A program made the position numbers and the translations under genes. Source: a virus (taxonomy: Duplodnaviria; Caudoviricetes). From it: a stretch of 46,102 nucleotides of DNA. Location: positions 1-46,102 of IMG/VR virus record IMGVR_UViG_3300033475_000049, one strand, 5' to 3'. This document shows, in pieces, positions 45,721 to 46,102 of the stretch; positions within the stretch are counted from its first letter, which is position 1; each line of letters opens with the position of its first letter. The notes under the pieces were generated by a model. That model searched no databases. It saw nothing but the letters and a program-made list of their open reading frames with translations, and was not told the origin of the DNA.

Positions 45721-46102
45721 TTAGTCAGCTGCTGGCTCGTCATTCTGTTGCTGTTCGAGCTTCTTCTGTCTTCTTTTATCCCAGGATTTTCTTGTGCTTT
45801 CTGACAGCTTTTTTCTTGTTTCGTCGGAAGTTCCTTTTTCTTCTTTGGCAAGTCTGGCATTTTCAAGTTGCTGTTCTTGTTTCTCAGTGAGAGGTTTTCC
45901 TTTTCTAGAAGCATTAAGTTTTAGAAAGTTGTTTCTTCCAACTTCTCCAAACTTTCTGTTCCTCTCATCTTTAAATTCTTGAGAAACCTTTTGAGCAGTT
46001 CTTTTCGCTGCTTCAGACATCCTTTTCTTTGTTTCTGGAGAATATTTCATTCCAAGATTGCTCTCTGCGATGACTCGAAGATTATATGTTGGACGATATT
46101 TA
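45721..46102 (-). CDS. NUMOD3-repeat protein, likely C-terminal part of a GIY-YIG homing endonuclease (5'-truncated by window edge)
   Basis: SPETKKRMSEAAK and SDETRKKLSES NUMOD3 motifs; frame open upstream of the ATG to the edge (KYRPTYNL...). Confidence 0.65.
   Translation of the reverse strand, partial: KYRPTYNLRVIAESNLGMKYSPETKKRMSEAAKRTAQKVSQEFKDERNRKFGEVGRNNFLKLNASRKGKPLTEKQEQQLENARLAKEEKGTSDETRKKLSESTRKSWDKRRQKKLEQQQNDEPAAD

Noticed and set aside
110-45982. All plus-strand ORFs in the track, including 29681-30262, 33193-33699 and 41300-41758
   Set aside because: Antisense shadows of long minus-strand genes, with no motifs or RBS
45600-46102. Group I intron around the NUMOD3 gene
   Set aside because: Downstream sequence shows a terminator, not recognisable P7/P9 elements; upstream context is outside the window
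1-46102. Stop-codon reassignment or prophage status
   Set aside because: Genes are intact under the standard code, there is no suppressor anticodon, and no integrase, att site or host genes appear in the window

Overview
About 46 kb of an AT-rich, long-tailed dsDNA phage (siphovirus-type morphogenesis), with essentially all real genes on the minus strand. In transcription order (right to left): truncated NUMOD3/GIY-YIG-like endonuclease; head-tail connector, tail tube, frameshifted tail chaperone, 1336-aa tape measure and large tail-tip proteins; lysis module (papain-like C1 protease, lysin, holin); iteron-rich replication origin; D5/P4-type helicase, TOPRIM primase and gp32-like SSB; a compact putative cytosine-hypermodification cluster; DnaE, RecA and three nucleases; a tRNA cluster with atypical tRNA-like RNAs and a metallophosphoesterase; a MoxR AAA+/vWA pair; and dCMP deaminase. 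The best candidate for a new system is the modification cluster. It combines a thymidylate-synthase-fold enzyme with the dCMP-specific Asp, a T4 BGT-like glycosyltransferase and a UDP-galactopyranose mutase, which together suggest furanose-sugar (Galf/Araf) modification of cytosine in DNA. Other notable signals are a tail hub apparently split between two genes, a non-canonical TGTAC(A/T)-N17-TATAAT promoter, five dispersed palindromic elements and tRNAs with deviant anticodon loops. All family assignments come from motif recognition by eye; no searches were run.
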